A stretch of 59,974 nucleotides of DNA, filler included, from Hausera hauseri (lineage: Eukaryota): the NCBI GenBank assembly GCA_046269625.1. It is 12 parts of 12 records of this genome, joined end to end, with 100 filler letters (N's around TTAATTAATTAA, not from the genome) between each part and the next. Parts side by side here need not be neighbours in the genome. Positions count along the whole stretch, not along the records: positions 51,125 to 55,559 come from JBJURY010582445.1; positions 55,660 to 59,974 come from JBJURY010639441.1; 10 more parts are not named here. One strand, 5' to 3'. The notes under the pieces were generated by a model. The model saw only the letters and a list, made by a program, of their open reading frames with translations. It had not been told where the DNA came from and did not search any database. How positions within the stretch are numbered: position 1 is the first letter of the stretch; every line of letters starts with the position of its first letter. Both the position numbers and the translations under genes were made by a program. Of this stretch, positions 51,873 to 59,974 are shown piece by piece.

Positions 51873-54059
51873 TTTGTGTTTTGTCCATGATTACCTTTTG
51901 GGTAAACTTTTGATTGAAACGAACCTGTAAGTATTTGTTTATTTGTTATCTTGTGGATAATAATACATTTTTGTTCATATTTTGTCTTTTGTTCAAAATA
52001 AATTCTGAAAACTAGGTTCACAGAAAACCTAAGTTAATTAATCCTTTCCTAGTTTCTTTTGCACGAACTACTAATATTACACATAACTTTAAGGAATTGT
52101 ATGAGAATTGTGAACTACTTCAAAAATATCACAATATATTTCAATCATATTTTCATTATAATTTCATATTGGAATTTTGTTGTCAAAGAGCGACTTGAGT
52201 TTTTCTTTGCTAGAGAAGGAAATTAGAAAGGAACAACTTCATCAACATTTGAGAGATAACCCTCAGAATTTGGTTTGTGGATTTAAAACACAAGCACAAG
52301 ACAAGTAATAAATATAACCCAAATGGCGAATTAAGCACACAATTATTACCATGATTTTCCATAAGTGATTCTGCATTATCGGCATTTCGTTCATTCATGT
52401 TCATGTGTTTTAAGATTGTCCTACTGGTCAATTGAATTGTCGATTTCGATACCATTTAACTTCTAAGTTTATTCCGATATATTTTCTGTATTAAAGGATG
52501 CTAAATATCGTAGGTCATTATTATAACTGATATCATACAGAGAACCCACCTTTAGGCTTCTGATGATTTAAAGGACAGTTGTCTGGTTCAGTAATTTAAA
52601 AGATAAAATTTTTTCTTGTGTATAAGTAATTGTGTGTTTGTTAGTTTTTTTTACTTAGTTTATATAGTGTTTTCATATCACTTATCAATAGATTGTCAAT
52701 TGTCAAATTGGTGCTGATCATTAAAATAATTGCTTTTTACAATATTTGTATAACGGCTTCTATTGTCATCAATCGTCTGATCACTATTTTCACAATCAAA
52801 TTTGAAATTCTAATAATTGCCTTCAAACTTCTTCAATTGTTATCAGATGTCAACCATGGTTATTCATCTACAGTGTTTACATTCCTTTCTTCACTGTTTG
52901 TATTTATTAATGTCATCAATTTCAAATTTTTAGTGCAAATATTGTTAAAATTTCATTTTCTATAATCAAAACTTTTAGTGCCAAATTTCGCCTGGATTAC
53001 AATACAGATACAAGTCACAGGAAAACTTTACATGACACCCATCATCACCTGGGTTTACAATAATAAAGGAATAAAAATGTAAAATAGTATATTTACAATA
53101 AAATATATTGTTAGATGTCACTATTAGTCAAGTCATTATTAGTCAAATAATGTTCCAACAATCAAATGTCATCAAATATCACTATGTCTCAAATAATGGT
53201 TTCAAATAATGGTTAAGTCACAAATGTCAATTGAATGTTGTTAAGGAATTCCAACATTAAGGGACTCCAACATAAGTAAAATACATGTAATATGAGGGAA
53301 ATGAATGCAATATTTATGTGATATGAGTAATATAGAGGCAATGAAAATATTGGTAATATGGAAATGTGTTGTGTAATATGCACTTTATGCTTGAAAGTGT
53401 AAATACAGAGGTTAATATATTAGAACCGTTTAAACTACAATTTTTCTATGACCCTTTTGTCACCAGAAATATATAATTCTCTCTAGCCCACTTCTGTTGC
53501 TAATAATAATTTTCTTTGACAAATTCTCTCACCAATATTATTTGCTAAAAATAGCTTTTCAGGTAAAGTATGACATTCTCTTTACTATTTTTTGTACAAC
53601 CAATTTTACCCAAAAATAGATCAAGTCGGGTATAAATACCAACACAAATTTTAGAAAGGGACAACAAAAAATAACCTGCAAATGTCAATTGACTTATTTG
53701 TCGAGAACAATTAATTTCCGACTTCATTTTGCTTACCGACTCAGAAATTTGGTTTTATAGGCACTGATAATTAATTTTCGAGACTAAATATTGAACGGAT
53801 ATTAGAAGATTTTAAATAATTTCTGTGTTAATTATCGAATATTCCGGCTCAATATTGAAGGTTTATTAAGGTAAAAATTTGTTATTTGTTGTACTAATCA
53901 ATATATTTTGTTTTTTGTTGGTCACTTGTTTAAATTCAAACCAGTTAACCTTAATTTGCAGAAGATTGAAGGTAAATAAACACATTCCATATTTCTTGCA
54001 TTTATATAAAACAAAGTTAAAATTATCCCTTAGAGATTTTTTGAAGACGTTGGAAAACC

Positions 54060-54540
54060 AATATATGTGATATGGGAATGGGTAAAATACAGATTATATG
54101 TAAGTTACATAGGTGATATATTGAAAATACAGGTGAAATGCAGATACTATGTGGGCAATACAGGTAAATTATAGAGAATATGAGTAAAATTTGTGTACAT
54201 ATGGATAAAGTGTATGAAATATGGGTAATACTCGTAAAATATAGGTGCTTTGTGGGCAAAATGTAAGTAATGCAGGTAAATTATGGGCAAAAATATAAGT
54301 AAATGTTTGAAATATGGAATATGATGCTTGAAACATGATAAGGTAATATGCTGGTAATATATATGTAGTGTGTAAAATATAGGCAAAGTATAGATAAATG
54401 TAATACATGGGCCATATATAAGTTACACAGGTAAAATATTGACAATACATAGGTGCTATAGATAATATATGGGGAATATGCAGGTAATGCAGGTAAAATA
54501 TCTGCTACATAGGAAATGTTTGGGCAATATGTGATATTGG
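54060..54540. repeat. Degenerate low-complexity repeat (caggtaa/atatg-rich, C-poor strand)
   Basis: Recurring aggtaa, atatgg and aaatat words without a fixed period. Confidence 0.55.
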
Positions 54541-57500
54541 ATCAATACTTGTATTACGAGGTCATTATTATAAATAAGATCAATTAAACACTATACAGAT
54601 TAATATTAATTAAAATACATTAATCAAATACGGTAATCAATACTTGTACTAATCTGTCATTATTTCAAAATCAACATGGGTAATACGTGCGCAATGTGCC
54701 TCGAGGAGATGACTTGTAATAGTGCAAGAATTGCAGCGGCATTTTGCACGTATTCACCAAATCAGTATTATGTAACATGGAAATATTTACTATTAAAATT
54801 GGTGGAGGAAAAATGAGAGTTCTGGCAAAAAACCATACATCCCTCTTTAAACTGATGCGTTTAAACAAAAGTGGATTTCACGAATTGATGAATCAGTACT
54901 TATTTTTATCTTCCGATTGGGTGAATCCGTGATTTTATAGTATGATGGATTGGGTGAATTCGTGACTTTTTTCTCCCGCAAATGTCACATGAGGTATTAT
55001 TATGAACAATGCATTTTAAACAGCAATAATTTTATTAGTTTTTAAAATGTCATTCAGTGATTTCGGAATAATGTAATAAGAAAATAATGTAATGAATATT
55101 TTACAACCATGATTTTTTAATTTTTTAAAAAGTTACTAAAATCATCAACAATAATATTAGAAGGTAACCTAGTTTATCACCAAAACGTATATAAAACATT
55201 ATCATATTTACTTTCAATTTTTTACAAGAAAAAAACGTAATAAAATTATTAAAATCAAAATAACAAAGTAACAACACGTAAAATTTTATTGAAATTACAT
55301 AAAATAAAAGTGCCCAGAAGGGAAAGTTGATATCCCGTCTGCCTGAATAAATCTCTTATTATCGAAGAAGCTTAGACTTCTTTTCTTAGCACATTTGCCG
55401 TCACAAAGTGGTCATGAGAAACAATTCTTCGCATATCTAATAATAAAATTGATTGGTTAATCAGGACCGAGATATAATCTTAAAAAGAAATTTGTTTCTC
55501 CAGTGTAGCTCGTTGAACACCTTTAGCCCTTTTCTTTATTTCTCCATCAACAACAAGGGNNNNNNNNNNNNNNNNNNNNNNNNNNNNNNNNNNNNNNNNN
55601 NNNTTAATTAATTAANNNNNNNNNNNNNNNNNNNNNNNNNNNNNNNNNNNNNNNNNNNNCTGTCGCTCCAATAACACAACTTCTTGTTATCATACTCTAA
55701 TGCCGTCGAAATTTTCTGTTCTACTTTTACTCGTGTCACAGCGGCTAATAACTCCAATCGCGATACTGAAACCACTTTTGTTGGTGATATTTTACTCTTC
55801 GCTTCTATTATGTTGCTGGTTCTTCTATCCCCTGTAGTGACCAAGTAAGCAACTGCTCCATAAGCATCTTTTGACGCATCACAGAATATATGTATTTCAT
55901 ACAGTGACTGAGTGGCTATTAGTACACGACTTATTCGAACTTTATCTAAATCTTGTTGTTCCAATACCTATTCTTTCGTTTTTTTGATTAAGTGATTTGG
56001 GAGTTGTTCGTCCCAATTTGCACCATGCATCAACATCTCTTGGATAATCAACTTCCTTTTTATTAAGTAACTACTGAGAAACCCTAATGGATCAAATATT
56101 CTAGCTACTGAGCTCAAAAATCTTCTTTTTGTAGTACTTTCCTCTGATTGGACTCTTTTATCGAAGGAGAATACATCACTATTTGCATTCCACCTCATAC
56201 CTAGAGTTTTTGTCTTCGTCTCCTCATCTACAATCTGGTAACACGCAGATCTTTCATCTTCCGGTATTATGTCTCGCAATCTCTCGGAATTTGAGACACA
56301 TTTTCTCGCTGACATACTGGCCTGACTCCACAACCATTTTAAATCACGGTACATTTTCAGTGCCTCCTCTTCCATTTTAACAGACACCAAGCTGTCATCC
56401 ATATACGTCGCGTTGTTAACAACCCATGCCGCTTCAGGTACACGCTCTGTGTGTTTCTCGGCGTTTACACGACTTACTAATTGTGCTAAGGATGGTAATG
56501 TATTCAGTCCAAATACTAATCTTTGAAATTCATAGAATTTCTCGATATTTTCATCCTTCCAGAAAAATCTTAAGTATCTTCGGTCTTCCTATGCCACTCC
56601 AATCTGTAGAAACATTTCTGTAATGTCACAAACCATAGAAATTTCGTATTTTCTAAACCTGATTAATATATCTACTAAGTCTAATTGCAACTTTGGTCCT
56701 TGGTTGATCATGTCATTCAAACTAAGACCTACACTTTTTGAGGCTGCGTCGAACACTATTCTAATTTTTGTCGTTTCTGCATCTTTTCTTACAACCGGAA
56801 AATGTGGTAAAATCCATTCTGTAATATTGGCTTTCAGTTCTTCTGTGAAGTTCTTAATATATCCCTTCCTTTCATGCTCGTCTATTTGGTTCTGGTACCC
56901 TTCCTTCAAGTTCAAATCCTTTTCTAGTTTATTCTCTAACAGCCATAACCATCTCCTAGCAATTCTATTGTTATCTGGCAACTCTTGTGGGTTTTTCTTT
57001 CATGGAATTTTGACTTCGTACTTGTGATTAACGTACCTCATATCTCCCTAGGATCTTTCCATTATTCTCTCTTCTTCCTTTGTTCACTGTTGGCTCTTTT
57101 CTAACATATCCTCTAGCCTCTATAACCGCTCTAAATCATCCTTTGATTCTTCTTCACTTGAGAAGAAACATCTAATAAAAACGGGATCGCTTCTGCAATT
57201 GTTTCGTTGTTGATACTGGTCCGATACAGGTCCACCCTAGTGGTGTTAATCGAGCCACAGGTTTTCCTTCCTTCCCGGATATTTCTTTGATCGTTCGGTT
57301 AAGCTGATTATAATTTACTCCTATTAAACCATCAACCTCCCCTGACTTTATTATATTTGGAAAAGGTATTCCCTTTAAATGGTTTCATTTGTTTCCCGAT
57401 ATATTCCAATTGGTCGCGTTTAAATTACCTACGACGTTTTCGACTGTCAACGCTGAGACCTTCACTTCTAACTTTCTATTTAGACTACAAAGGTGAAATT

Positions 57501-57911
57501 CGACCCTTGCTGCGCTTCTCCTCCTCTTCTCACCGCCTAAGACCTCTACCGATATAGATTATGGCTCTTGTTCTAAACGCAACCTTTCTGCTACTAAAGT
57601 ACTAATGTAACTGTCAGTGCTAGAATCATGTAATAAAACATTGATCTTTTCTTCATACTGCCCATTGCGCACAATCACCGGAATTGTCCTCAACGCTACT
57701 TTATCTTTCTCTTCTGTGCTATGTCTTCCTGTTACATAGCTCTTTTTTGATCATTCTTCAGCTTTTTAGACTCATTCACGCTCCCTTCACTTCCACTTAG
57801 CAAGGGTTCTCTCACGTTTTCATGTCTGATGTTATCTGGCGTATGTCTCCGATTATTAATTCGTCCCACTGGCTTTTCACTCCTATGTAAATCTGATTAT
57901 TTTACTGTCTT

Positions 57912-58064
57912 ATGCAAGAACCGACATTTGTCTCCGTTTCTGCAGTTCCCCTGCTGGTAATATCTGCAAATTTTGTCTTTCTTTTCATTCTTTTCTTCCT
58001 TATTTTCATGGCAGTATTTGCATTTCTTCTCAAAAGTGCAATTTCCCTTTGCGAACGCCCAACA
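57912..58064 (-). other. Two tandem C-x7-C-x5-C-x3-H (CCCH) zinc fingers, in frame with BEL/Pao Gag
   Basis: CWAFAKGNCTFEKKCKYCH, a 13-aa linker, then CRYYQQGNCRNGDKCRFLH, in the same frame as ORF 58206-58622. Confidence 0.9.
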
Positions 58065-59198
58065 CGCTCCTTTAGCAATTGGGACCTTCTCCTTGACTTC
58101 AGTGAAGTGATTATGATGGTAATTTATCTTTTTCTCTTCCGATCAATGGTTTTGGTGGTAAATATTGCTTTGGAAATGCTTATAGTCATTAGGTCTCGCA
58201 CCTCCTCAATCTTTCTTTTCTAATATATCTATTCCATGTGCTGATTCCGCTGATACTCGACGAATATCGGCTTCTTCTTCCAACCAATATTTCAACTCGC
58301 TGACGGTTTCATCTCTTCCACAACTTCTACGATATCTTTCCCATTGATTGATAAATATCTCCGGTAACTTCACTAGTACAATTTTATATAGTAATCCACT
58401 ATCAAGATCATTCTCTTTGTCCAGGTTACTAAGTCGCACCACAACGGCTTCTAATAGTGATACTAAGTTGTCTATCTGCTTGACATTTTTCACACTTACT
58501 TTCTCGAACTTTTGGATTTCATCTATTAAAGCAGCGAAATTTCTTTGCCTTCCACCATAAAACCTTTCGAGTTTCTGTAGAATTGCCTTGTATGATGTTT
58601 CGCTGATCCCAAAATTTGCCACTAACTTCTTTGCTTCACTACTGAAACATGCTTCTAACTTTACCTGCTTCTCTACTGCTGATACTGGAGTTCGATGTAC
58701 ACAAACCCCAAACGTCTGTCTTCATTTTTCGTAATCAGCAACATGTCCACTAAATTTCGGCAATTCTATCCTACTCAGGCGGGGACACAAATTGTCTGTA
58801 ACTGCAATCTCTGTGGTCTTTTGTCGATTTCTTTCTTGGTCACTCCGATTAGCGGATATACCCCGTAGTCCTGCCACTACATCAGCATTTAACTGACTCA
58901 AGACCTCTCTATCTTGAATCAGGTTTTCTAGTTCGTCGAGTCTCTTTTGTTGTTTTGCGACAATCGGCAATTTTAATATTTCTGAAACGGTTTCTTCATA
59001 GATTTCGCAAGATTCTTCATACGTTCTTCGAATTCCTTCCTCGGAATTGTCAACATATAATCGTCCATGTATGCCCTCCAACCGGGACTTCAATTTTTCT
59101 TTCATTAGCAGTCTTGTTTCGAAGTCCTTTTTTAGTAGTTTTGTATTTTCGGAATTCGACTTGATTCTTTTCTCGCAATTTTTATTTGATATTTTGCT

Positions 59199-59420
59199 TC
59201 CTCCTTTCAATCCAAGGATTAGTTGTATGGTGGTTCCATGAACTAGCTTCTCTACATCATTATCTGTTACTATTCTTTTACCTTCGTGGAACAATTTCAA
59301 TGAATCCGCTGATATCTTCAATTTTTCTCATATTTTAACAGTTAATTCATTTACGGATCTGATCTTCTCCACATTGATTTGGGTTAATACACCTTCTCGA
59401 AATCTTATAAACACTTGTTT
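59199..59420 (-). other. Ubiquitin-like domain with C-terminal diglycine, in frame upstream of BEL/Pao Gag
   Basis: KQVFIRFREGVLTQINVEKIRSVNELTVKI*EKLKISADSLKLFHEGKRIVTDNDVEKLVHGTTIQLILGLKGG. Manual alignment to ubiquitin gives 19 identities. Confidence 0.85.
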
Positions 59421-59974
59421 GACGATTTTCTCATCTTTTCTTTCCATTTGGGAAGCGTGATTCTCTTCTTTCTGTATCCAGTTTCTTTCCATCTCCTTGA
59501 TCATTTTCACTTTTCTTTTCTCCGTTCTTTTAGTATCCAGCCAAGATCTTTTTAGAACTATGGCCTCTTGATCTAATTTTAATCGGCACTCTGCCAAAGA
59601 CTGAAACCTCTCTTCAATAAGCGGCACTTCATCAACTTCACCGCAACTCACAGAGGCACTTTCATAACTTTCTCCGACCGGGTCTGTAAGTTGGGTGTCT
59701 CTTGGGAAGATTTTCGCTTCATCAATTTTAAACCAATGGAGTGGAGAAGTTCCGAAAGCAAGAAAAAAGACACAGAATTTTTTCAAGACGATCAGAAGTC
59801 GTGGTTTACACTCCCAGATAACAAGGGGGAGCGTAAACCAAGCTCTGCTACCATATGGAGAATTTATAATATACGAAATGAACGATTTTGTTGAGTTCGT
59901 AATTTTGATACCAGGTGAAAACACACCCGATATATTACTCCTCTTTTATATATTTTTCCCCTTTCATAGCTAAC

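Larger units (their letters stand above)
55660..59720 (-). mobile_element. BEL/Pao LTR retrotransposon gag-pol, decayed; integrase lies beyond the contig edge
   Basis: DUF1759-type Gag LSRIELPKFSG..YEK*RQTF..SYKAILQKLERFYG; protease ALRTIPVIV..NVLLHDSSTDSYIS; RT WILPHFPVVR..TTKIRIVFDAAS..SLNDMINQGPKLQ, YMDD; TKRRFLSSVARIFDPLG; RNase H HIFCDASKDAYGAVAY..RLELLAA..YWSD. Confidence 0.95.

Noticed and set aside
55660-59924. Alternative genetic code (TGA read-through) explaining the in-frame stops
   Set aside because: Several stops are TGA, one at a conserved Trp, but TAA, TAG and frameshifts also occur and CEP290 has no internal stops. Ordinary decay explains it.

Overview
This window is not one locus. 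It is 12 short contigs (about 4.0-6.7 kb) of an AT-rich eukaryotic draft assembly, most likely a small ciliated animal and possibly more than one organism. They are joined by artificial 100-nt spacers (N44-TTAATTAATTAA-N44). Contigs: 1-4936, 5037-11106, 11207-15411, 15512-21436, 21537-25561, 25662-29938, 30039-34053, 34154-39909, 40010-46756, 46857-51024, 51125-55559, 55660-59974. The only intact host gene I recognise is the 5' part of CEP290 (six exons, mostly 37-59 nt introns), preceded by a ~32-33 bp satellite. The rest is mostly decayed mobile DNA: five pieces of one Ty3/Gypsy family, three gag copies of a second LTR family, a BEL/Pao element, a Polinton/adintovirus-like pPolB, piggyBac, Tc1, and RTE and I-group LINE fragments. 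Decayed host-gene copies (UBA1, DYRK1, an ankyrin-repeat gene) are also present. The most unusual observations are: (1) a BEL/Pao Gag with an in-frame ubiquitin-like domain ending in GG, and tandem CCCH fingers in place of CCHC knuckles; (2) contig 11207-15411, which has an exact 77-bp terminal overlap (a 4128-bp circle or collapsed tandem unit carrying a UBA1 pseudogene and a Gypsy gag); (3) an LTR element with gag, an unknown ORF and an env-like start but no pol. All protein calls come from manual translation and recalled motifs; no database search was run.
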